A stretch of 63,859 nt of DNA, filler included. It is 6 parts of 6 records of this genome, joined end to end, with 100 filler letters (N's around TTAATTAATTAA, not from the genome) between each part and the next. Parts side by side here need not be neighbours in the genome. Positions count along the whole stretch, not along the records: positions 1 to 18,638 come from SRR31156797_7511; positions 18,739 to 26,240 come from SRR31156797_7535; 4 more parts are not named here. One strand, given 5' to 3'. This document shows, piece by piece, positions 10,901-18,858 of this stretch; the first letter of the stretch is position 1, and each line of letters opens with the position of its first letter. A program made the position numbers and the translations under genes. The notes beneath the pieces were generated by a model. That model made no database searches and was not told where the DNA came from. It saw nothing but the letters and a program-made list of their open reading frames with translations.

Positions 10901-11688
10901 CGGGAGAGGGCAGATACTTTTTAGAGGTTTTGTATAACGAAGAAGCGGTCGGGGAAACCTCCGGCACGGTCGGCTGGTGGGGCGGTAAACAAGATGTCAC
11001 GATCTGGTATTCGGAGGATCACGAGCGGACCTGCCGTGATCCGAGATTAGAGGTTATCCAGAGCGTCCGCGACTTCGAGATGTTTATTTTCAAAGGCGGC
11101 GGTGGTGAGAGTATCAGCTCCGTCGATCCATCAGAAAAATACTGTGTTGTAACCATCGACAGGCCCAATTTAGTCGGGGTTTTTATCGCCACAATAGCGA
11201 GCGTGGTCGCGGTCGGCTCGGCGGCTATTAGTTGCACAATTAACTGCGGTGGCTGGATATACGCCCTGGCCATCCTTCTTTCAATTCTTTTAAACATCCT
11301 GGGCGCGGTCGCCCAATACGCCTATGTGATATGGGCTAAACCCATCGGCCACGAACGGCAGCAGTTACAGGCCACTGCGGATGACACCGACCATCAGCGC
11401 GAAATGGGCGGCTATGTGATCGAACAGAGGATAGACGATCCGTTCGCGGACACCGTCCAAATCTGCCAGGCCGTAGCCGACCGGGAGCTTGCCCTGATCC
11501 AGAACCAGCGGCGGCGGGTCCGGTTTGGTAAGTCGGCGCATCTGCAAGATGAGATCGGAGATACGATCAGGATTCCTCATCCGCAGGATTCAAGCCAGAT
11601 GGTCGACGTTTTTGTGACCGAGCTTGAGCGTCATTGGGAAAAAGGTGCGGGTGTTAACGACAAAATCACCGGATGGAGGCGGCAATAA
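7999..11688 (+). CDS. Large tail-tip/hub protein with beta-propeller-like region and C-terminal hydrophobic hairpin
   Basis: 1229 aa, acidic and aromatic-rich. Has an Asp-box-like motif (TINGGTSW), a hub-like C-terminus (NRVTVTG...HLQDEIGDTIRI) and two hydrophobic segments near aa 1058-1113. Confidence 0.7.
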   Translation: MSVTLNSTLQTAQDGINHRPILELISTQFASDKPFDGSYFNTSDVSETESNLIYLSSGRLAAVYIRDNDIYYKYTDTDRLIWSEVEIVSNVSDLDSVACVELSGGNVGVVWIDTESGYDRIRQMTVGPTGSTVVAASTIATFATASYSVNDVHIGTVTGGDHWLVYRYYESSGETYSLRYRTSTDFSSWGSEQTVTLSGLTATRRKGNPFLIQHSTGGLLIFFDYVDDIRADGAELVNVYQVRTINGGTSWETPEKITNYTVFGESGYCPTAGEKSDASLMLAWHKQSDVLHMDKNTTGWSTECTEAYATDLHFDPATGYLYCLQVYTSGGTKKCCGVVVVDTSDWTVDKVYNTTSSPAYSGLFAADHVQAHRHIGAGHYVPIAVVGDKHVAVINHQSQTITHYNFDDDATYSLTQNVNNIDWHSKQPGIVATQIDAANDRLYVCFVDSYLYRLSLQIGYIDLTEAEDPVSGYSWNECIFAEWSGFDNQTWLMGLNSMRVVPEQDYIILSFSTSVSDWTGRLLVYQISSGGLIYDFNPSDYAGFPYRGALYPVYHDGHIYASIDYESGYGNSDRRGLLDINLASESITYQRPTYATIDDYDLRMKTITNDGRIIMAHYGYGVAIYTIADGSWELFDNTELQGMTEDSNELFGPVAYDESTDTIFTAQPYAGAGSWFGILAFNEIGAFRKGQYLTGAYSAGWSWGSIADLNTGIMDYDLSIAIDGSDVAWATWTRQDTSEYSLKWDKEGLTTELTDYVTGSVRTKWRIDGPSQLTFSLAQGYLFDPSYFPSTLHTVAAKGRRMQLSLGETVSSTDYLQAQGEWIITETKLTYQRGDHPILEVTAEDKRNIWGELHIVATEYFDDQYPEAIIEDLITTHTDLESSDLNLPTMTTRHKMFHQFVDMDLMSMLEDMLAHFDYFAHFETGGDFTLLPVAFETTPDHTYSSAAKIINYSPDDSYSSFVNRVTVTGEGRYFLEVLYNEEAVGETSGTVGWWGGKQDVTIWYSEDHERTCRDPRLEVIQSVRDFEMFIFKGGGGESISSVDPSEKYCVVTIDRPNLVGVFIATIASVVAVGSAAISCTINCGGWIYALAILLSILLNILGAVAQYAYVIWAKPIGHERQQLQATADDTDHQREMGGYVIEQRIDDPFADTVQICQAVADRELALIQNQRRRVRFGKSAHLQDEIGDTIRIPHPQDSSQMVDVFVTELERHWEKGAGVNDKITGWRRQ

Positions 11689-12797
11689 TGCACCTGTACG
11701 GCCGCAAATTTGTTGACCAGAAATTGAAAAAGAAAGCCGATCAGCGGTCTGAAACCCGCGATGCTGTTCTCTGGGACGTGGATAGCGTGAATTATCAGGC
11801 ACGGGTGAAAATCCAGGGGTCGAACGAGTATGTTATAGCCCATTTCCCGAGGAACTGGACATCGGTTCCACATTGGCTTAAGTCCTGCAATGCGGTCCGA
11901 ATAATCCACAGAGGCGGCAGGCGCGGCTATATCGAACTCGTCGGAGAGGGGCGGGCGATTCCGTCGCCTGTCAGCGGCGGGGCCATGCCCACGCAGCCCG
12001 CGCTGAGCGACGGCGTTGTCTCGGGAATGGCACTATCTCCGGCGGCGTCAGGGCTTAACCTCATCGTCGATTCCGGCACATATCGAATCGATGGAACGGT
12101 CTACGTTTTTACGCCAACCGCGACCGGCAGCTATATCATAATGAACGACCCTCCGCCTATGATTATGGGGTCCGGCACGATCATGGGTGAAATACAGGCT
12201 ACAATTACTTTCGATGCGGCCCCGGCGGAGGGCTACGGACGATATGATGCTGCGGTGATAGGCATCGATGGAACCGTGGACTATCTTAAAGGCACTGCCT
12301 CCACCAACCCGGAAAAGCCCGCCATCCCCGGCAGCCATATCCTGATCGGAGACTATGTCCTTATCGTCGGCGGACAGACATCCATCAGTGACGAGGATAT
12401 CGGAGAGGAATGGACCGCCAGGGCGCCCGCATCTGTAACGATCACGGCTGATGACACATTCGCCTGGGACTCGGGAGACAATACGCCAGAAAAATCGATC
12501 ACGGTGACGATCAAGGACCAATACGGATGGAATCTTGACTGGGCCGCAGGCTACAGCCTGACTTTGGAATTGGCCAAAGGCACGGGTCAGGTATGGAGTG
12601 GTGACGACGGTTACGATGCGTCGAGCGTCAGCCATTCAACAACATCCTACACCTGCACGCTGAAATACCAGCGTGACCAGACGGCAAACCCGGAGATATC
12701 ACCCGTGTTTTTAATCACCGTGGACCTGCCATATACAGACCTACAGGACGTTCACCTGATGACCTTATTAGACAGCGGAGGGTCGGAAATTGCCTGA
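11688..12797 (+). CDS. Minor tail/virion structural protein
   Basis: TAATG coupling and a GGAGG RBS favour the ATG at 11688. Beta-rich, with RYDAAVI..DG...GTAS.NP..P pattern common in tail proteins. Confidence 0.6.
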   Translation: MHLYGRKFVDQKLKKKADQRSETRDAVLWDVDSVNYQARVKIQGSNEYVIAHFPRNWTSVPHWLKSCNAVRIIHRGGRRGYIELVGEGRAIPSPVSGGAMPTQPALSDGVVSGMALSPAASGLNLIVDSGTYRIDGTVYVFTPTATGSYIIMNDPPPMIMGSGTIMGEIQATITFDAAPAEGYGRYDAAVIGIDGTVDYLKGTASTNPEKPAIPGSHILIGDYVLIVGGQTSISDEDIGEEWTARAPASVTITADDTFAWDSGDNTPEKSITVTIKDQYGWNLDWAAGYSLTLELAKGTGQVWSGDDGYDASSVSHSTTSYTCTLKYQRDQTANPEISPVFLITVDLPYTDLQDVHLMTLLDSGGSEIA

Positions 12798-13014
12798 ATT
12801 ACTTGAAATATTAAAAGCCATACTTACCGCCTTGGAATATCAGAATCAACTCCTCGAAAGCCTTGTTGATTTAGAGGACGGGCGCAGGGCGGCGGCGGAA
12901 AAGAGCCGGGTCGATATGGATTCCGCCTTGGGCGGTTTGACGGCCGAGATAGAAAAGCTCACCCCGGGCATGGGCGCGGCGGTTGAGCAGATGTTAAAGG
13001 GGGTGACTAAATGA
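12790..13014 (+). CDS. Small hypothetical helical protein
   Basis: 74 aa, GGAGG RBS before TTG, overlaps both neighbours. Confidence 0.55.
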   Translation: MPELLEILKAILTALEYQNQLLESLVDLEDGRRAAAEKSRVDMDSALGGLTAEIEKLTPGMGAAVEQMLKGVTK

Positions 13015-14003
13015 GCAGTAATTACCATTCCCCATATGTGGACGGCACAACCCCATATAGCGCGTCCGGCATGAACGCGCCCCTGGGCGAATTGGACGCC
13101 GAAATCACCGATCTTACAGTCTTGGCTCAAGGGACCGTCAAAGACAAAGATTTGACCGCGCCTCCGGGAAGTCCGAGTAATGGCGATGCGTATATCGTCG
13201 GCGGGTCCGCCACAGGCGATTGGGCCGCTAAAGACAACCAGATCGCGGTCTATTGGGATTCGGGCTGGACATTCCAGGCTCCGGCTGAAGGCTGGAAAGT
13301 ATATGTCCAGGACGAAAATATCACCTACGTATACAACGGTTCTTCCTGGGCTGCGGATGCGGTCAACGCCCATGCTTCCGCCCATGTTGACGGCGGGTCC
13401 GATGAGATCGACGGTGATACCATAGATATTGATTTTACGCCGAGCAACTATACCCCGGATTCAACACCAGCCGAGGCGAATGATGTCGATGACCTGGCCG
13501 CGCACCTTAAGGGCATTGATGACGCCCTCGGCTCCGGTGGCGTGACCTATGCGACGGCGGCGGAAATCAACACAGGGACCGAGACCGGGAAAGTAGTCAA
13601 CCCCGACGCTTTGGCCGGCTCAATCCATGGAACAAAGACGGTCACGCTTTATGTGATCGATGCGGATACGGCGTTAGCGACCGGCGACGGAAAGTTGTAT
13701 TGGCCTGTCCCGAAATCCTTGGACGGTATGAACCTGGTCGAGGCATACGCCATCGTCAAAACGGCCTCAACCAGCGGGACGCCTACATTCCAGATTTACA
13801 ACGTTACCGATTCAGTGGACATGCTCTCGACGGCGATCACAATCGACGCCAACGAAACCCACAGCAAGGACGCTGCGACGGCTGCGGTGATCGATACAAG
13901 CAATGACGATGTCGCCCATGGCGACCTGTTAAGGATTGACTGCGACGCGGCCGGGACCGGGACTCAAGGCCTCTGGATCGAGATGTCTTTCAGGAAGCCG
14001 TAA
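13011..14003 (+). CDS. Tail fibre-associated protein with DUF2793 domain
   Basis: DLTAPPGSPSNGDAYIVGGSATGDWAAKDNQIA...GWTFQAPAEGW.VYV.DE matches the DUF2793 signature. Confidence 0.8.
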   Translation: MSSNYHSPYVDGTTPYSASGMNAPLGELDAEITDLTVLAQGTVKDKDLTAPPGSPSNGDAYIVGGSATGDWAAKDNQIAVYWDSGWTFQAPAEGWKVYVQDENITYVYNGSSWAADAVNAHASAHVDGGSDEIDGDTIDIDFTPSNYTPDSTPAEANDVDDLAAHLKGIDDALGSGGVTYATAAEINTGTETGKVVNPDALAGSIHGTKTVTLYVIDADTALATGDGKLYWPVPKSLDGMNLVEAYAIVKTASTSGTPTFQIYNVTDSVDMLSTAITIDANETHSKDAATAAVIDTSNDDVAHGDLLRIDCDAAGTGTQGLWIEMSFRKP

Positions 14004-14012
14004 GGAGCGGAC

Positions 14013-14987
14013 ATGGCGGCTCATCGCTACTGGCGACTTTATATCATCAGAGTGACCGGCGACGGCTATAAAAGGGCCGTTGAGGTCGAAATGAGGGCCT
14101 CTATAGGCGGTTCGAATGAGTGCGGGTCCGGGTCGGCTTCGGCGTCCACGACCTTTTCGGGCTACTCAGCCGCGGATGCTTTCGACGGCGACGCAGCCGA
14201 CAACGGATGGGCCTCCAACTCGGATAGCACAGATAATTACCAGTGGCTTAAATATGACTTCGGGTCCGGTAACGACGTTGAAATCAACGAACTCGCCATC
14301 ACCATAAACAAGGCCTATAACAACGGGCCGATCGATTTTGTCCTGCAATACTCGGACGACGATTCGACCTGGACGGACTGGATCTGGTGGTGTAGTCAAT
14401 CCGATTGGGATTCAGGGACCGGATACCAGACTCGGACTTTCAACAAGAACACCACAGGCGCGGTCTGGGGCGACAATTTCGCACCGAAAAACATGACCTC
14501 CAACTCCGCGCCGTCGCCTAATGTGGCGAGCGCGTCAACTGAATATTCGGCCCAATTTCCGGCTTACAAGGCTTTTTACGGCCTGTTTATAGGCACTCAG
14601 CGTTATTGGTCGGCCAGCACAACAACGGGCTGGCTAAAGATAGACCTGGGAAGCGGCAACGCGGACACTGCCGAAAAGTTTGTTGTCCGGATTAATACGA
14701 TGTCGGAAACCAACAGGGCGCCGAAGGATTTTACCCTTCAGGGCAGCAACAACGATTCTGACTGGACGACTCTTGGAACTTATACCGGTGAGTCCTCATG
14801 GTCGAACGGAGAGGGGCGGATATTCACCCTGTCCACGACCGGGAGCTATCGGTATTACAAGCTCGATATCACGGATAATAACGGCGGTTCGCTCGTCCAT
14901 GTCGCTGAATTGTATCTTATTAACCTTCACTCTGCCGGTTCGGGCAGTTCGGGCATTCCCGGCCAGAGGGCAATAATGGTGATGTGA
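14013..14987 (+). CDS. Tandem discoidin/F5-8 type C-like carbohydrate-binding virion protein
   Basis: Two copies of ASAST..AF.G..W.S..WLK.D.GSGN..F.LQ.S.D...WT, plus RY.RL.I strands. Confidence 0.75.
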   Translation: MAAHRYWRLYIIRVTGDGYKRAVEVEMRASIGGSNECGSGSASASTTFSGYSAADAFDGDAADNGWASNSDSTDNYQWLKYDFGSGNDVEINELAITINKAYNNGPIDFVLQYSDDDSTWTDWIWWCSQSDWDSGTGYQTRTFNKNTTGAVWGDNFAPKNMTSNSAPSPNVASASTEYSAQFPAYKAFYGLFIGTQRYWSASTTTGWLKIDLGSGNADTAEKFVVRINTMSETNRAPKDFTLQGSNNDSDWTTLGTYTGESSWSNGEGRIFTLSTTGSYRYYKLDITDNNGGSLVHVAELYLINLHSAGSGSSGIPGQRAIMVM

Positions 14988-14997
14988 GGTAATTAGT

Positions 14998-15228
14998 ATG
15001 GCTTTGACAGGGACAGAAACAGGCTTGATCGCCGCTGTGGTCGGACTGATAGCGGCGGGCGGCGGTGCTTGGGCCAACGGGCGAAACAAGGTGACAGTTA
15101 ATGAATGTATCCTCAAACATCGAGGCGAAGAGAAAGCCCATAAAACGGCCCTTGAGGATGTCAAAAATCGCCTTGAGAGGATCGAACACAAGCTCGACAA
15201 ATTAAATGGAGGGGGCGATCATGACTGA
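14998..15228 (+). CDS. Small membrane protein (holin-like), 1 TM plus coiled coil
   Basis: N-terminal TM (LIAAVVGLIAAGGGAW) and a LEDVKNRLERIEHKLDKL coil; directly upstream of the endolysin. Confidence 0.55.
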   Translation: MALTGTETGLIAAVVGLIAAGGGAWANGRNKVTVNECILKHRGEEKAHKTALEDVKNRLERIEHKLDKLNGGGDHD

Positions 15229-15790
15229 GAACTTTAATTTGGCTTTTGACCAGACCCTCGAACACGAGGGCGGTTATGCCGATCACCCGCGAGACCGGGG
15301 CGGCGAGACCTATAAGGGCGTCGCTCGTAATTTTTGGGGGAGTTGGCCCGGCTGGAAGATCATCGACGAGGCCAAGGCCAAACTCGGCAAAAATCCCAGG
15401 CATAAGCAAATCAATGCGGTCCTGGCCGGAAACAAAAAACTCGACAGCCTGATCCGGGAATTTTACAGAGAGCATTTCTGGATCGCTTCCGGCGCCGACC
15501 AGCTGCCTGATCAGCTCGCCCGGAAACACTTTAACTGTGCGGTCAATGTCGGCGTGGGCGGCGCTGTCCGTATTCTGCAAAGGGCGTTAAGGGCTCACGG
15601 CCAAATGATCGCGGTCGATGGCGCGTTCGGGCCGCGCACCAAGGCGGCGGCGTGGGCTGTTGTAGCCGAACCTTTGATCGACACCTATTGCCGGAAGCAG
15701 AAAAGTTATTACAAACGCATCATTGAGCGGAGACCGAGCCAAGTCGTGTTTCAAAAGGGTTGGTTTCGGCGGGCCGCGTTCAGGGGGTGA
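15221..15790 (+). CDS. Endolysin, glycoside hydrolase family 108 with peptidoglycan-binding C-terminus
   Basis: HEGGY.DHPRDRGGET.KG catalytic motif, LQRAL...VDG.FGPRT and F.KGW.RR. RBS GGAGG favours the ATG at 15221. Confidence 0.92.
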   Translation: MTENFNLAFDQTLEHEGGYADHPRDRGGETYKGVARNFWGSWPGWKIIDEAKAKLGKNPRHKQINAVLAGNKKLDSLIREFYREHFWIASGADQLPDQLARKHFNCAVNVGVGGAVRILQRALRAHGQMIAVDGAFGPRTKAAAWAVVAEPLIDTYCRKQKSYYKRIIERRPSQVVFQKGWFRRAAFRG

Positions 15791-15793
15791 GAC

Positions 15794-16381
15794 GTGGAGC
15801 TTAAAGACCTTGCCAATATCGGAAAAAAGATTGCTAAAGCTGGCCTGCCTCTCCTTGGCACTGCCCTGGGCGGTCCGCTCGGCATGAAAGCAGGCTTGCT
15901 TATCAGTTCCCTGATAGGCAAAACGCCCGAGGACATGACGCCGGAAGATTTCGACGGGATCCTCGCGAATCCGGAAATGATGGTCAAGTTAAAAGAAATC
16001 GAACTTAATCACGAGGTGGAATTACAGAAAATCATCCTGGAAGCCGAACGGATGCGCCTAGCAGATATCGCTGATGCTCGAAACCGGGAAATCGAAACCA
16101 CGAAAGCGACCGGCAAACGGGATTTTAACCTCTATGCCGTGGCCTGGCTTTACATCCTCGGCTTTTTCGCCTGTTTGATACTCTTGATCGTAATGCTATG
16201 GGCTGGCAAGTTCCCCGAGAAAATACCGGCTTCGGCGACCATGCTCATCGGATCGCTTTTCACGGCCCTTGTCTCCGGCGTCGGCGCGGTTCTTCAATAC
16301 TTTTTCGGGAGTTCAAAGGGGAGCTCGGATAAAAACAAGGTGATAGCCGCGGCCATGACTACGGCCCCCCAAATGAAATAA
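15794..16381 (+). CDS. Holin (3TM/GTA-holin-like)
   Basis: PLLGTALGGP N-terminus, D..DAR.RE, two TM segments and a YFFGSSKGS C-terminal motif. Confidence 0.75.
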   Translation: MELKDLANIGKKIAKAGLPLLGTALGGPLGMKAGLLISSLIGKTPEDMTPEDFDGILANPEMMVKLKEIELNHEVELQKIILEAERMRLADIADARNREIETTKATGKRDFNLYAVAWLYILGFFACLILLIVMLWAGKFPEKIPASATMLIGSLFTALVSGVGAVLQYFFGSSKGSSDKNKVIAAAMTTAPQMK

Positions 16382-16393
16382 TTTGCCAAAAGA

Positions 16394-16418
16394 GAGGCGG
16401 AGCACAAAACCCCGCCTC
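16394..16418. terminator. Stem-loop at end of phage late operon
   Basis: GAGGCGG-N11-CCGCCTC just after the holin stop, in the gap between convergent genes; U-tract is weak. Confidence 0.45.
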
Positions 16419-16545
16419 AATGCTCCTGTCTCGCGAACGGGCCAGCTAATTAATCTTCCTCGAATCTCAAGCTTCCGTCAGTTCATAGTTAATAAAACAT
16501 TCGAGGAGGGACAATGATTCTATTTCGCCTATGCCGTTATAAATC

Positions 16546-17931
16546 CTAATATTGTTGCGATGAGTTTTCGTTATATGTCACAGAACGTTTCCCTGTCCGA
16601 ATATACCACTCAATATGGCGTTCCATCAGTTCCTGGTAACCATCGGACATACTACCATCCCCATAGGACAGCAGTGATGCCTCAACATGGTTCCAACATT
16701 CATCTGCCTCAGCCTCAGTTAAACCACTCTCTTGTTGTAAAGATTCTATAGCATTAACGCGATTACCTAAGGAATACCCGTTAAAAATCGCCACTGCTGA
16801 GCATGCAAGCCAGCTTCCTATCTGCCAGTATTTTTCTATTTCTGTTGTGGTGGCTCTTCCAAAAAAATCGTCACGTGAATCGTAGCTAAAGCGCTCGCCA
16901 AAGGTTGCTGGGGACAGCCATACATGATCCCATAGAGCCACTCCACGCTCAGTGTCTTTTGGTGCAGGTGCCGGGTCAAAAAACTGTGTGCGGTCGAAAA
17001 GCTCATCCGTGTGTATCAAGTAACGTCCTTCACTTCCCTGCCAATTAAAGACCAACCCGATGTGGTGGGCTTCGGTGCCATTTGTTTCTACATAAGCGTT
17101 GTTCACTTTACGTACAGGAATATTGACACTGCGCATAAGATCGGCAAACAGGGATGAAGCGCTGGCACACCCTGAGGTATAATATCTATCCTCTTCCCCA
17201 CGATCCAGGCGGTCGGCTAGCGTATGATTTTCTTGTTGAATTGTGCTTATATTGTTACTTTCAGAATTATGCCAAAGATAATCGTGAAACCACTCTGATA
17301 GCTTTTGCCCCGTCTCTCCCGGAGTACCACCAATTAAGCAATTTTCCTGCTCTGGTTCCTTACTCATAAACCGATAGCCATCTCTTGGGTCCCCGAGAAT
17401 GTTTTCAGTGACCTCATTACGGGAACCTACGTAGACGACATAGTAGAGATTATTGTCAAGAGTAAGATAAGCGGAGAAAAATACTTTGCTACAAAGTAGG
17501 TAAGACAATTCGTGGTCACTCCATTCCTCAAGTCGCCAAGGTACACTACCGCTCATATCTAACCACAGGGCGTGAGCTACCCAGGCGAAATAGACATCCC
17601 GCGCAACAACCTCGTCACGATAGCCTAACCGTGACGAATCATCATTTACATGTGAGTCATTAGAAAGCGGAAGAGAATCAGCAATAGGCAGCGGCTCGTC
17701 GTAATAATAAGCCAAAAAACAATCACGCAGACGTCTTTTCCAGGCGGAAGGCCAGTCGTCATAGAACGTGTATCTACTTGAATCGCTCCCTTCAGGAGGC
17801 CACGTTTCGAATCGAAGTTGTTGCCGAATACGTGGTCGGCGCTCTAAATAATTTTTTAGGCGCAGGATCCCGCGCCATTTAAAGAGAAAAACCAGAAATA
17901 TATTTATTATCGACAATACTCTCCCCACCAT
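16546..17931 (-). CDS. Membrane-anchored hypothetical protein with transglutaminase/papain-like Cys-His-Asp motifs (moron)
   Basis: Long ORF, visibly more AT-rich than the structural genes. N-terminal hydrophobic anchor; GCASASSLFADLMRSVNIPVR...HHIGLVF...LIHTD. GAGGTG RBS favours the ATG at 17931 over 17946. Confidence 0.6.
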   Translation of the reverse strand: MVGRVLSIINIFLVFLFKWRGILRLKNYLERRPRIRQQLRFETWPPEGSDSSRYTFYDDWPSAWKRRLRDCFLAYYYDEPLPIADSLPLSNDSHVNDDSSRLGYRDEVVARDVYFAWVAHALWLDMSGSVPWRLEEWSDHELSYLLCSKVFFSAYLTLDNNLYYVVYVGSRNEVTENILGDPRDGYRFMSKEPEQENCLIGGTPGETGQKLSEWFHDYLWHNSESNNISTIQQENHTLADRLDRGEEDRYYTSGCASASSLFADLMRSVNIPVRKVNNAYVETNGTEAHHIGLVFNWQGSEGRYLIHTDELFDRTQFFDPAPAPKDTERGVALWDHVWLSPATFGERFSYDSRDDFFGRATTTEIEKYWQIGSWLACSAVAIFNGYSLGNRVNAIESLQQESGLTEAEADECWNHVEASLLSYGDGSMSDGYQELMERHIEWYIRTGKRSVTYNENSSQQY

Positions 17932-18325
17932 GATTACACCTCTCATTCTAAGTATTGTGTGAACCTGCGGAAAGATAGTTACAGAATATTATATCATGAA
18001 GCCTATTTTGGTGCTTTACCTATTGCCGGGTCGTGTCGAGAGTATATGATATGAATGGTGTTCAGATTATGGTTTAATCTCGAATTATGCAGCAACATCC
18101 GCGATTTCTCTGTTTCAAGCTCTCTGAGTTCGTTCTTGGCCCGTTGAAGAGCACTGATCCGGGCTGGAGAGCTTGTACTCCATCCACAAGAGGCGAATTC
18201 TCGCATCAAGTGGAGCAGGTTATAGACTCAAAGCTCCATTTTAAGTCTCGCCTGATTGGTATCGAACTTGTGGCAATTGGTTTTGTCCAAACGAAGAGGG
18301 TTCTTGCCTTTCTCATAGCAAATAA

Positions 18326-18637
18326 TCACGGCCTACACATCCCGCACGGCCTAAACCCGGCTTCAATAGCTTCTTCACGGGTCCGGAATACCGCCGTGCA
18401 GTTTTTACACCTATAACCCTGGCAGCCTGGCGCGTGAAAGACCATCGACTTCACATTACCATGGTATCCGTCGGCGGGGGCCAGGGTCGCGCCGACCGTC
18501 CTTATACCCCGCCTCCAATCCCAGGGCGGCACGGCGTTCTCATCTTTCCACAATCCAAGTTGATCGGCCTTGGCCTTTTCTTCTATCGAGGATAGCCGCT
18601 TTGAGTTACTGTATTTGCGATAGTGCCAGGCATAGCC
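18326..18637 (-). CDS. Thermonuclease (SNase) with C-terminal Ada-type metal-binding domain, 5'-truncated
   Basis: GYAWHYRKYS...EEKAKADQLGLWKDENAVPPWDWRR is an SNase C-terminus, followed by YHGNVKSMVFHAPGC...F.TREEAIEAGFRPCGMCRP. Confidence 0.85.
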   Translation of the reverse strand, partial: GYAWHYRKYSNSKRLSSIEEKAKADQLGLWKDENAVPPWDWRRGIRTVGATLAPADGYHGNVKSMVFHAPGCQGYRCKNCTAVFRTREEAIEAGFRPCGMCRP

Positions 18638-18638
18638 G

Positions 18639-18738
18639 NNNNNNNNNNNNNNNNNNNNNNNNNNNNNNNNNNNNNNNNNNNNTTAATTAATTAANNNNNN
18701 NNNNNNNNNNNNNNNNNNNNNNNNNNNNNNNNNNNNNN
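18639..18738. other. Artificial contig spacer
   Basis: N44-TTAATTAATTAA-N44. Confidence 0.99.
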
Positions 18739-18848
18739 GAAGGGGCCGTTTTAACAAGCTTATAGGCGTCCTGCCCGCTTCCTTTACGGTGCAGGCAATA
18801 GGCCAGCAGGTCCTTACCCATTAAGGCTATATTTCGATCAGCCGTCAT
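18739..18848 (-). CDS. 5' end of fourth gene of the TIR-Clp operon (truncated by contig end)
   Basis: AAGGAG RBS overlaps the previous stop; ATG at 18848; MTADRNIALMGKDLLAYCLHRKGSGQDAYKLVKTAP stays open to the contig edge. Confidence 0.65.
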
Positions 18849-18858
18849 TTGTTACTCC

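Larger units (their letters stand above)
1..18638. mobile_element. Tailed phage/prophage fragment (siphovirus-like head-tail-lysis module plus opposite-strand cargo genes)
   Basis: Canonical co-directional order: protease, capsid, neck, tail tube, chaperone, tape measure, tail tip, fibres, lysis. Start/stop codons overlap and GGAGG RBSs are strong. No sheath gene seen. The contig is cut at both ends, so prophage versus virion cannot be decided. Confidence 0.93.

Noticed and set aside
18003-18416. Short ORFs between the moron and the thermonuclease
   Set aside because: No convincing RBS or motif, and they overlap each other on opposite strands.
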